This document shows positions 25,817 to 36,429 of a stretch of DNA of 64,000 bases, piece by piece; positions within the stretch are counted from its first letter, which is position 1; the number at the start of each line of letters is the position of its first letter. Both the position numbers and the translations under genes were made by a program. The DNA comes from Azolla caroliniana. Its lineage: Eukaryota > Plantae > Polypodiophyta. The notes under the pieces are model-generated. The model searched no databases. It was not told where the DNA came from and was given only the letters and a program-made list of their open reading frames with translations. The stretch lies in contig JBHGNT010000006.1 in NCBI GenBank assembly GCA_043228905.1, forward strand, positions 9,548,001 to 9,612,000, read 5' to 3'.

Positions 25817-26561
25817 GGGAAAAGAAAAGGCGACTCCGGCATTCAAGCTCGCCTCGGACATAGAACAACAAACCGACTTGAAAAGAGTGTTCGAGGAAAG
25901 AATCTTGGATAGCCGGGTAGATTTTTCGCTGCGGGAACTACTCGGAATAGCGAAGAAGGAGTTTCACGATCTTCTCGTGGATCTCGTAAAAAGGAAGAGA
26001 CAAAGTACGGAGGAAAATGCTCCAAGGGTGAATGCAAATACCGTTTCAATGAACGACACCGAAGTGGAAGGCGAAATTCCGAACTCCCACTATACAAGGC
26101 CACACTGGGCACGTGCGACTACGGAGACTCCGGTCCGAATCGGCAACATCAAAGAACCCGTGCTAGCATTGATTGATCACGGATCGGAGATCAACTTGAT
26201 GTCCAAGGAGTTCTACCGAAAGGGGAAGTGGCCTATAAACACCAACCATGGATGGAAGATTCGAGCAGCCACGAAAACGACAGAAGACCTATTTGCGGCT
26301 TGTCCGGATGTGACGGTAAAGATCGGGGATGTCGAAATTGACCAAAATTTCTTTGTGCAGGATGAGGTTTCACATTCTGTCATCCTCGGCCAACCCTTTA
26401 TCACGGCTTCACGGATGGAGACGAAGGTGCTCGATAGTGGTGCGGCTTTTGCGCGAATTCGGAGCCAAAACGGAGGGAAATCCGTCCAATTCCTAACGGT
26501 GCCGGCAAATCACGAAAGGAACAAGAGGGAACTCTTGTCCCAAGTGAGAATGGATTTTTAA
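25731..26561 (+). CDS. Gypsy aspartic protease ORF (frameshifted from gag near 25740-25816)
   Basis: ALIDHGSEINLM catalytic motif and VILGQPF; the equivalent region is continuous with gag in the 4496-5580 copy. Confidence 0.85.
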   Translation: MRCMWTRNDGARRMRPDPKIPESWNSGGKGKEKATPAFKLASDIEQQTDLKRVFEERILDSRVDFSLRELLGIAKKEFHDLLVDLVKRKRQSTEENAPRVNANTVSMNDTEVEGEIPNSHYTRPHWARATTETPVRIGNIKEPVLALIDHGSEINLMSKEFYRKGKWPINTNHGWKIRAATKTTEDLFAACPDVTVKIGDVEIDQNFFVQDEVSHSVILGQPFITASRMETKVLDSGAAFARIRSQNGGKSVQFLTVPANHERNKRELLSQVRMDF

Positions 26562-29518
26562 AGCGGACTGTTGCGGAGTGGGGAAGTGATAGTCCGAGAA
26601 GCCCTGATACCCCACACAGGAAGAAACCTCTCGGAGCAAAACAAGTACGAATCGGCCCGGATGGGGCATCTACGTACATGGCCGTAACCGGAGGAATGAA
26701 GAAACAATACCGACAAGTGGAGGATAAGTTACGGTCGGCATCAATAATAAAAGACGACGAAGAAATCGTGGGAGTGATCGAGGAAGTGTTCTATGGGAAT
26801 ACACTACAACGGCTTGAAGAGCTTGCGGAAGATAAAAGCCAAGGGAACCGGGTAGTCCCGGTGGAATCGGTCGAGATGTACGAGATCGTTGCGAAAATGG
26901 GGCCGGATGCGCTCCGCAAAGAAGAAGCAATGGTAAGTACGAAATACAAGACCGTGGAGAAGAAGGTGAAACCGGCCGCGGGACCACTACCCGCCGATAG
27001 CGAACAAAAGAAGAAAGAAGTCTCGGGAGATCCGACACTTCGAAAGTCCGTGGATATCGGACATGCCTTCACAGATGAGACCCGGAAGAAACTTCGGATC
27101 GGTGGAGGTGGGTTCCTCTTACAAGAAGAAGAAAAACGGTTTCGAGAGATGTTGGAGCAACACGGCAAAGCATTCGCGTTCACATCGAGGGAGATCGGAT
27201 GCATTGATCCAAAGATAGTGGAGCCGATGGTGATTTTCACGATTGATCATGTACCGTGGAACCTGAAGCCGATTCCGGTGCCACGGGCGCATATTCCGAA
27301 AGTCATCGACTTGCTCAAGGAGAAGGTGGCGATGGGGATTCTAGAGCCATCAAGTGCTCCGTACTCAAATCGATGGTTTACGGTTCCGAAGAAGAATGGG
27401 TCACTCCGATTCATCCAAGACTTGCAACCGGTGAACAAGGTCACGATCCGGAACTCGGGAGTCGGTCCGATAGTGGACGAATTCGCGGAAGCTTTTGCCG
27501 GACGTGCGATATACTCCATCGGGGACCTATACTCGGGGTATGACCAATTCCAACTAGCCGTGGAGAGCCGAGACATCACTACCATGCGGACACCGATAGG
27601 ACTAGTTCGAATGTGCACACTACCACAAGGAGCGACAAACTCGGTTGCACATATGATGAACGCGATGAACAAGGTGCTTCGAGATTGCATCCCGGAGATA
27701 ACGATGCCGTTTCTAGATGACATTCCGATGAAAGGATGCGCGGTGGAAGAAAAAGATGAGACTATGGATGATCGGGGATGCCGAAAGTTCGTGGTCGACC
27801 ATATTCATGATTGCGAGAAAGTGTTGCGAAAGCTAGAAGATGTGCACCTAACACTTTCCGGGGAGAAATCGGCATTTGGGCAAGAAGAAATATTGGTGGT
27901 CGGACATCTATGTGGACCCTACGGCCGAAGACCGTCACCAACAAAGATCGATGCGATTCAAGCTATGAAGGAAGTATGTGAGTCAACATCGGAAGTCCGA
28001 AGGTTTCTGGGTGCGTGTGCATTCTATCACATATGGATTCCACACTATGCACATATAGCGGACCCGCTCTATCACTTGTTGCGGAAAGGTAAGAAATTCG
28101 AGTGGAAACCGGAACACACTAAAGCCATGAGGAAGCTCAAGAAGACACTATGGAGGGCGGAATCACTTAAGAAGCCAAGCTACGAGCGGCCAATCATAGT
28201 AACGGTTGATACAAGTCCAACCGGTATCGGGTGGGTCATCAATCAAGCCGACTCGGATGGTTCGCGGTATCCGATCCGATTTGGAGCAAAGGTCCTCAAC
28301 GAAAGGCAACGCGGATATGCACAAGTCAAAAGAGAATTGTGGGGAGTCATGTCGGCGATAAAAACGGATCGGGATTATTTGATCGGAGCTGAAGTGGTGA
28401 TCGAGACGGATTGTCTTCCGATACTCGGGATGATGCGGTGTTGTACGATACCGGATGTGGCTATGCTAAGGTGGATTGCATATGTCAAGTCACTTAATCC
28501 GGAGGTTCGACACATCTCGGGGAAGGACAACGCGGTAGCGGACATGTTATCGAGGGCGCGGTTTGAAGACGACATAACCGAATCAGATAATGAAGAAGTT
28601 TCCGAAGACTACTTCGCGTCAGAACACATATGCCGAGTGAACGTGATCCGAGAATTCCGGGAAGAAGAATACGAGGGGGAAACCTTGATGGTCGGGAAGA
28701 TGCTACAAGAGGTCGAGGATTCAACCAATGATAAAGAAAGGAGAGCCGAGATCCGAAGGAAGAAGAGGCAAGTCCAAAAGTTCTTCTTGGAAAACGGTTT
28801 AATATGGAGGACGCCGAAAAGACCGGATGGGATACCACTTCGAGTAGTCGGGACGAAAGAGCAACGAAACCGGATAATGTCCGAGTTCCACGAATCCGAT
28901 TGGGCTGGACATCGAGGAACATGGGCAACTTTTGTGAAAATCAAGCAAAGATATTGGTGGAAGAACATGTATAAAGATGTCGCGGAGTTCACAGAAAGCT
29001 GCGAGAAATGTCAAGTCTACTCCGGGGTCCGACACCGAGATGAGCTGCATCCGACATTCTCACCGACAATCAACTTCAAGTGGATGGTCGACATTGTAGC
29101 TATGCCGACCGGGATTGGACAAAAGAAATACTTGGTGTTAGCTCGAGAAGATCTCACAAACCAAGTTGAAGGTCGAGCGCTTCGGAGGAAAACGTGTGCC
29201 GCGGTGTGCCAATTTCTTTTGGAAGAAGTGTTTTGTAGGTACGGCTGCGTAGGACAAGTGATTGCGGACCGGGGAGAACTCGACTCGGACAAAGCTAGGG
29301 GATTCTTCGCCAAACATGGAGTTCGGTTAACGTTGACAACGGCCTACAATCCGGAGGCCAACGGGAAGATCGAACGAGGACATAGTCCGATCGTGAAAGC
29401 ACTTGCGAAGGCATGCGACGGGAGGGTGAAGGATTGGCCACAAATGCTTCCGTATGCACTATGGGCGGATCGGACGACGCATAGCTCCGTGACCGGTTAC
29501 ATGCCGGAGAACTCATGA
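26552..29518 (+). CDS. pol: Gypsy Pol RT-RNaseH-integrase (frame open from the slippery site at 26552)
   Basis: 946-aa ORF from 26678 plus stop-free upstream extension; FLDD, VDTSPTG, HESDWAGH...CEKC, WMVD...ADRGE...NGKIER. Confidence 0.95.
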   Translation, partial: GFLKRTVAEWGSDSPRSPDTPHRKKPLGAKQVRIGPDGASTYMAVTGGMKKQYRQVEDKLRSASIIKDDEEIVGVIEEVFYGNTLQRLEELAEDKSQGNRVVPVESVEMYEIVAKMGPDALRKEEAMVSTKYKTVEKKVKPAAGPLPADSEQKKKEVSGDPTLRKSVDIGHAFTDETRKKLRIGGGGFLLQEEEKRFREMLEQHGKAFAFTSREIGCIDPKIVEPMVIFTIDHVPWNLKPIPVPRAHIPKVIDLLKEKVAMGILEPSSAPYSNRWFTVPKKNGSLRFIQDLQPVNKVTIRNSGVGPIVDEFAEAFAGRAIYSIGDLYSGYDQFQLAVESRDITTMRTPIGLVRMCTLPQGATNSVAHMMNAMNKVLRDCIPEITMPFLDDIPMKGCAVEEKDETMDDRGCRKFVVDHIHDCEKVLRKLEDVHLTLSGEKSAFGQEEILVVGHLCGPYGRRPSPTKIDAIQAMKEVCESTSEVRRFLGACAFYHIWIPHYAHIADPLYHLLRKGKKFEWKPEHTKAMRKLKKTLWRAESLKKPSYERPIIVTVDTSPTGIGWVINQADSDGSRYPIRFGAKVLNERQRGYAQVKRELWGVMSAIKTDRDYLIGAEVVIETDCLPILGMMRCCTIPDVAMLRWIAYVKSLNPEVRHISGKDNAVADMLSRARFEDDITESDNEEVSEDYFASEHICRVNVIREFREEEYEGETLMVGKMLQEVEDSTNDKERRAEIRRKKRQVQKFFLENGLIWRTPKRPDGIPLRVVGTKEQRNRIMSEFHESDWAGHRGTWATFVKIKQRYWWKNMYKDVAEFTESCEKCQVYSGVRHRDELHPTFSPTINFKWMVDIVAMPTGIGQKKYLVLAREDLTNQVEGRALRRKTCAAVCQFLLEEVFCRYGCVGQVIADRGELDSDKARGFFAKHGVRLTLTTAYNPEANGKIERGHSPIVKALAKACDGRVKDWPQMLPYALWADRTTHSSVTGYMPENS

Positions 29519-30162
29519 CCGGACAAGCACCGGTAATGCCAACGGAAACCGCAATCGCAACATGGACAATACTACCGTGGAAGGAAGAGATGAGCCGGGA
29601 AGAACTACTAGCGGTCCGGATACGACAACTGGAGGGAAGACCGAAAGATGTAGCGGAAGCGTCACGCCGACAACAAGAAGCACGATTCCGGAACAAAAGC
29701 CGGTTCGACACAAAGCACCGACTACGACCGAGGAGGATTGAAGAAGGAGATTGGGTGATCGTATATGATAGTAGCTTGGACCATCAACATACAACGATGC
29801 GGAAATTCGCGAAAAGGTGGTTCGGGCCGTACGAGGTTCGGAAGGTCTTCGACAACGGGATGTACCGACTGTCCGAGTTGGATGGAACAATACTACGAGT
29901 GCCTATAGCCGGGAAGCGGGTGAAGATTTTTAAGAAGCGGACCGACGACAAACCTTATGTGATCCAAGTCGAGGCCGACAACGAGGAGCAATCGGACGAA
30001 GACCACAATGATGCGGGAAGCGAAGAAAGTGGATTACAACTCATAGTCGACATAAGGGGAGAATCGGAGGAAGCTTCGGATGAAGACGGATACGAAGAAT
30101 CAAGAACTTCGGCACATACCGGAGGATGTGCGGGTTTGGAGGGGGCGAGTGTCGTAGTGTAG
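29515..30162 (+). CDS. Integrase C-terminus with GPY motif, frameshifted from pol; no chromodomain
   Basis: KFAKRWFGPYEV; acidic tail; overlaps the pol stop, implying an indel near 29510. Confidence 0.85.
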   Translation: MTGQAPVMPTETAIATWTILPWKEEMSREELLAVRIRQLEGRPKDVAEASRRQQEARFRNKSRFDTKHRLRPRRIEEGDWVIVYDSSLDHQHTTMRKFAKRWFGPYEVRKVFDNGMYRLSELDGTILRVPIAGKRVKIFKKRTDDKPYVIQVEADNEEQSDEDHNDAGSEESGLQLIVDIRGESEEASDEDGYEESRTSAHTGGCAGLEGASVVV

Positions 30163-31494
30163 GTTGCACACTATGTGGAAATTATATTTTTGTCCCTCCG
30201 GGTAGAGAATGGAGTGCTCGGTGAGAACCGGAAGAAAACGGCAACCGGCAAGGAAGAAAACGGCATACCGGCAAGGAGGAAAAACGGCATACCGGCAAGG
30301 AGGAAAACGGCATACCGGCAAGGAAGAGCCGGATAAAGAGACATAAATGTAAAAAGAAAGGAAATATTTACTACTGCGCAAGGCGTGATTCGAACTCTGC
30401 ACCTCCACGTTGACAAACCCCAACCTTACCATTACATTAAATTATCTTAAGTGTTTTAAATATAGATTTAATATGTATAAGACCTTTATTTATGCATACC
30501 TTTATTAAAAGGTAAATCGTGTATTTCTTTAATATATGAAAAAGAAAAAACACGAGACACTAAAAATAACTCATGCACATCTAGCGTGCATGAGCCCTAT
30601 ACTTAGGAAATAAAAAAGCATCACATGCACATTTAGTGGACATGAACACTTTTTGTAAAAAAAAAAGCATGAAGCCACGCTTAGCTCTTCTTTCCTTATA
30701 TAAGGAGGAGAGAAATATGTAAAGGGTTGTTGATTATTTGGATTAAGTATTAATCAATACAAAAATTATTCGTGGGATTCACGATTTATACATCTACTTC
30801 TCTCTTAACACCCTAAGTACCAATTAATATAGTATACTCGTGTGATTCACGAGTTTCTTATCTTTCTCTTTGCTATTTACTCTTAATTAATCTCTATCTC
30901 ACGAACTTCTTTCTCCTAGTCCAAGACCTCTGTGGTTCCCACCCGACTCACGCAACGATCCGCAGCCGAAAGGCACGACAACGTTATATCTTATGCATGC
31001 CCAGATATGCCAGGAAGAAGTGAACATAGCATTCGACACTGCCGTTGAGTTGTGGCACAAGAGGTTGTATCATATGATCCAGAAGGGGATGAGAAGACTT
31101 GCCGAAGTCAACCTCATTCCGAAGGTGAAAGACGTGCATCTTGAGAAGTGCCATGATTGCTTGGCCGGCAAGCAAAACCGAACCTCCTTCCGGTCAAGAC
31201 CACTGATAAGATAGAATGCACCACTTGAGCTAGTGCATACCGATGTGTTTCATGTGGACACAAAATCACATGCCGGATCATAGTACTTCGTGACGTTCAT
31301 AGATGACCATAGCTGGAAGTTGTGGGTCTCACCGCTGAAGACAAAGGATCATGTGCTATCCATCTTCAAGGAGCTCCACGTGAGAGTGGAAAGAGAAACC
31401 AGCCAAAAGCTGAAGGTGGTTCGAGCAGATAACAGAGGAGAATATTGGGGGCAATTCGAGGAGTACTGCTAGTCGAAGGGAATCCGGCTCGAAT

Positions 31495-32507
31495 TTACCG
31501 TGCCGAAGACGCTAGAATTGAACAAGTTGGTTGAACGGATGAACCGAACCATAATTGAGAGAGTCTGAAACATGCTAGCAAATGTCAAGTTATCCAAGAC
31601 GTTTTGGGCTGAGGCACTGATAACAACGACCTATGTGATAAACAGATCACACTCAGCACCCTTGGAAGTTGACACACCACAGAAGTATGGACAGGTAAAG
31701 ACGTGTCTTACTGGCATCTAAAGGTGTTTCGTCGTCTCACATATGTGCATGTGCAAAGGAAAAGAGAGAAAAGTTGGATCCAAAGACCCAGGCATGCATA
31801 TTCCTTGGATATGACGATGATGAGTTTGGTTACCGGGCCGAAGACGCCAGAATTGAACGAGTTGGTTGAACGGATGAACCGAACCATAATTGAGAGAGTC
31901 TGAAACATGCTAGCACATGTCAAGTTACCCAAGACGTTTTGGGCTAAGGCACTGATGACGGCGACCTATGTGATAAACAAATCACTCAGCACCCTTGGAA
32001 GTTGACACACCACAGAGAGTATGGACAAGTAAAGACATGTCTTACTGGCATCTAAAGGTGTTTGGTCGTCTCGCATATGTGCATGTCGCAAAGGACAAGA
32101 GAGAAAAGTTGGATCCAAAGACCCAGGCATGCATATTCCTTGGATACGACGATGATGAGTTTGGTTACCGGGCCGAAGACGCCAGAATTGAATGAGTTGG
32201 TTGAACGGATGAACCGAACCATAATTGAGAGAGTCTGAAACATGCTAGCACATGTCAAGTTACCCAAGACGTTTTGGGCTAAGGCACTGATGACGGCGAC
32301 CTATGTGATAAACAGATCACACTCAGCACCCTTGGAAGTTGACACACCACAGAGAGTATGGACAGGTAAAGACGTGTCTTACTGGCATCTAAAGGTGTTT
32401 GGTCGTCTCGCATATGTGCATGTCGCAAAGGACAAGAGAGAAAAGTTGGATCCAAAGACCCAGGCATGCATATTCCTTGGATACGACGATGATGAGTTTG
32501 GTTACCA
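31495..32507 (+). repeat. Tandem triplication (~335-bp units) of copia integrase segment
   Basis: TTACCG-n-GCCGAAGACG junctions at 31495, 31830 and 32165; last unit ends TTACCA at 32502. Confidence 0.92.
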
Positions 32508-34202
32508 GGTGTGCGATCTAGTCGACAAGGAGGTGTTCCGGAGTCGGGACATAGTCTTCATGGAAGACAGGACCATTGCCTATTGGGAGTTGGTGAAGAA
32601 GGTGATGAACTACAGATCATCCAATGAAAACCGGCTTGAGGACACAAGGACTTACCCGGTTGAAAACCGGATATTAGCCAGTAACCGGATGACACTCGAC
32701 GAACCGGCCGTATTTGAAGCAAAAACCGAACCAACTGAAGAAGAAGAAGTGGAAGTTGAAACCAGAACCGGACAAGATCCCGAATCGGATTCGGATTCGG
32801 AACAGACAGAGGAACCAGTTGCCGAAGACCAAGGACCGAGATACCCTCTCAGAGAGAGAAGAGCCCCCTGGAGATTTTCGGATGCAAAGCACATATTGCT
32901 GACCGATGAGGGGGTGCCGAAAAGCTTTGAGGAAGCAAAGAAAGACACCCACAGCCGCAAGTGGTTGACTGCCATGCAGGACGAGATGGATTCCCTACAT
33001 GAGAACCATACATATGAACTAACGGAGTTACCAAAAGGAAAGAGGGCACTCCGGAATAAGTGGGTGTACAAGATGAAACCAAGAGACGCAAGAAATCCAC
33101 CGAGGTACAAGGCCCGGATCATAGTGAAGGGTTTCCACCAAAGGTATGGATTTCCGTGAGATCTTTACCCTAGTAGTAATGATGACATCCATCTGGACAG
33201 TATTGAGCATAGCGGCAAGCATGGACCACGAGGTAGAGCAACTAGACATCAAGACGGCATTCCTAAATGGCGACCTCGAAGAAGAGATCTACATGCATCA
33301 ACCGGAAGGATTTGAGAAGATAGGGAAGGAGCACCTGGTATGCCAGCTAAAGAAGAGTTTATACGGATTGAAGCAAGCTCCCCGGCAATGGTACCGGAAT
33401 TTCAACTCCTTCATGACCAACCAAGGGTACCACAAGATGCAAGTCGATCATTGCATGTTTGTGAAGAAATTTGACGAAGGAGATTTCCTGAAATTGCTCC
33501 TATACATGGATGACGTGTGAAGAGAATAGCCTGGAATGTTGCTCAACCTAAAACAAAGTCTTGAATCACTTCTATGAGAATCAAACGCAGAAATGGGAAG
33601 TAGGGAGTGAACATACGTACACACATGAACAATTAAGAGTACACAAGATGTTTACATGAAAAACCCTATAAGGAAAAAACCACGGGAGCCCACAAACTCC
33701 AAACTATCACTATATGAGAAAGGTACAATCAGAGACTTGGAGGCAATGACCCTAAGCTCTATATCTTCGCCAACCGGCGGTTACAACAGAAATCGTTCTG
33801 TATCTCACTCTCACTCTCTCTCTGTCACTCTCTATACAATAGTTATACACATACAATAATATGACAACAATATTCAGTGATTACCCTAAGTCATATTTAT
33901 ACTCATATGAACTTAGGGCTATTTACAAATATAGCCTCAATAGGCTTACTAAAAACATATTTACAAATTGTCTTCTCTTCCAGTTCTCACCGGGTCCTCT
34001 TCATTCATGACCGGATCCCATCCGGAGGGACCGGCTTCCCAACAATCTCCCACTTCACTCCGGCATGGGATGTCTCATCAACCCGATCCGCTTTCAGCAC
34101 GTGTCCAGCTTGTCGGTTGTCATCACCTTGGTCAGCATATCCGGCCTATTCTCCTCCATGTGGATCTTCGTCAGCACAAACTCTTGATCTTCTACTCTCT
34201 CC

Positions 34203-35243
34203 CTAGATCCAGTGGTACCTCCATTGGATATGTTTCATCCGGGAATGGTAGGCCGCATTCTTCGCAAGGTGCATGGCACTTTGACTATCACAATAGACCC
34301 AGTATTCCTCCTCTCGGATCCCTAGCTCTCCGATGAAGTCCTTTATCAAGATTACTTCCTTGCCGACTTCCACAACTGCCATGTACTCCGCCTCCGTGGT
34401 TGACAACGCAACTGTCTTCTGCAACCTCGACTGCCACGAAACAGCTCCCCCTGCATAAGTCATGACATATCCGGATGTAGACCGGCTAGTATCCGCATCA
34501 GCCGACATATCCGAATTGGTGAAGCCTTCCAAGAGGGGTTTACCGGAGCCGAATCGAAGGCACATACTCAAGGTGCCTTTCAAGTACTTGAGTACCCACT
34601 TTACCGCGTTCCAGTGCTCTCTTCCGAGATTGCTCATGAACCGGCTCACCACTCCAACTACATATCCAATATCCGGCCAGATACATACCATCGCGTACAT
34701 CAAGCTTCCGACGGCATAGGCATATGGTATGTTCATCATATCCGTATTCTCCACCTTTGTCCTTGGGCTTTGTTTTCCAGATAGCTTGCAGTTTGCCGGA
34801 AGTGTCGATCCGACCGGTTTCGCCTCCGACATGTTGAACCATTGTAGCACCTTTGTCACGTACTTCTCCTGTGACAACCACAACAGCTTCTTCGACCAGT
34901 CCCGGATGATGTGCATTCCCGACATCTGTCTTGCCGGACCCAAGTCTTTCATTGAGAAGGTCCAGTTCAGAGCCTTCTTTAGCATCCGAATCTTGCCTTG
35001 GTCTCGTCTGATGATCAGCATATCATCCACATATAGGAGAAGTATCAGGAAATCTCCTCTGTCAAAATTCTTCACAAACACGAAGTGATCGGCCTGCGTC
35101 TTGTGGTACCCTTGGTCGGTCATGAAGGAGTAGAACTTCCGGTACCATTGCAGGGGAGCTTGCTTCAGTCCGTATAAGCTCTCCTTCAACTGGCACACCA
35201 AATGCTCCTTCCCTTTCTTCACAAATCCTTCTGGTTGTTGCAT
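34203..35243 (-). CDS. pol: Copia RT-RNaseH segment
   Basis: SLYGLKQAP, LYVDDMLI, ALSTTEAEYM, YCDSQSA. Confidence 0.85.
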   Translation of the reverse strand: MQQPEGFVKKGKEHLVCQLKESLYGLKQAPLQWYRKFYSFMTDQGYHKTQADHFVFVKNFDRGDFLILLLYVDDMLIIRRDQGKIRMLKKALNWTFSMKDLGPARQMSGMHIIRDWSKKLLWLSQEKYVTKVLQWFNMSEAKPVGSTLPANCKLSGKQSPRTKVENTDMMNIPYAYAVGSLMYAMVCIWPDIGYVVGVVSRFMSNLGREHWNAVKWVLKYLKGTLSMCLRFGSGKPLLEGFTNSDMSADADTSRSTSGYVMTYAGGAVSWQSRLQKTVALSTTEAEYMAVVEVGKEVILIKDFIGELGIREEEYWVYCDSQSAMHLAKNAAYHSRMKHIQWRYHWI

Positions 35244-35651
35244 GTAGATCTCCTCTTCGAGGTCACCATGGAGGAACGTAATCTTTACGTCTAGTTGCTC
35301 TACCTTCGAGGTCCATGTTTGTCGCTATGCTCAGCATCGTCCGAATAGAAGTCATCTTAACTACCGGAGCAAAAATCTCATCGAAATACACTCGTTTCTT
35401 CTATTGGAACCCCTTCACCACGATCTGGGCTTTGTATCTCGATGGGTTTCCAACATCTCCCAGTTTTAGCTTGTACACCCACTTGTTCCAAAGTGCCCTC
35501 TTTCCTTTTGGCAATTCCGTCACTTCATACGTATGGTTCTCATGCAAGGAATCCATTTCGTCCTGCATGGCACTCTACCACTTGCGGTTGTGGGTGTCTT
35601 TGTTTGCTTCTTTGAAGCTTTCCGGCTCCCCCTCATCGGTCAGCAATACGT

Positions 35652-36397
35652 TGTCACGATATTCCGCGAGCACGTGTAGGATTCGAGGCGGGATCGTAGG
35701 GGTCTTGAACTAGGGAGTTGAGGAGAAGGAATAAGACACGAAATGGAAGCTTAGCTCAAGAGGAGAGGAGAATGAATATGACATGAAGATTGAACAAGAG
35801 ATGGATGGAGGCAAAATACTCAACAAGTTATATTAAGAAAACACAAACAAATACAACCATGGCGGCATAGGCCAAAACCCAACGACTACAAGAAACCCTA
35901 ACCGGATAAGTAAAGTAAAGAAGATGAATAAGGAAACCCTAAGCGAAACCCTAACCCTAAACCGAAATGGGAAGAAGAAGAACCCTAAAACTATGTGGTA
36001 TACCTTTCACACTCAAAAATAGGCAACCCTTTCACAAGTGACCCCTCACTCCCTTTTATAGTAGTAAGGGGTGAGCACATTACAAGAGGGAGTCAAATCC
36101 CCTTTCCTTTAATGGGGAATATCTCCCTTGATCTTAAATTGGTGGGCCTTAACTCTCTCTCTCCTATCACATTCACCCTCAATGCACACTACTCATTCTA
36201 CTCTACAAAGGGCACATCACATTTATGCCTCTACGAACTTCGTGGTGCACCTTTAGCACCTTAGATTATTACCCTTCCCCTTACATTTTGTTATCTTATT
36301 CTCATCATACAAATTTACAAGTGCATGTGCAATGTTGCACATCCCCATTTATTTGTCCCTCCCGGTTTTCTCACCGTAGCCGGAAATCTTCACGACA
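35652..36397 (-). mobile_element. Solo LTR (746 bp), 4-bp TSD
   Basis: Minus-strand termini TGTCGTG...CGTGACA as for 1788-2463; TSD ACGT/ATGT; removal restores DAEHVLL. Confidence 0.9.
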
Positions 36398-36429
36398 ATG
36401 TGCTCTGCATCCGGAAATCTCCGGGGGGC

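Larger units (their letters stand above)
23678..30980 (+). mobile_element. Young full-length non-chromoviral Ty3/gypsy, tRNA-Trp primed, 4-bp TSD
   Basis: LTRs 23678-24485 and 30150-30980 nearly identical; TSD ACGT; PBS TGGTGAACCCGACGTGA 24490-24506; PPT GGAGGGGGCGAG 30138-30149; removal restores copia KINT|LYLMHA. Confidence 0.97.

Noticed and set aside
26791-29890. Multiple 100-160 aa antisense ORFs over pol
   Set aside because: Shadow ORFs of coding sequence with no recognisable motifs.
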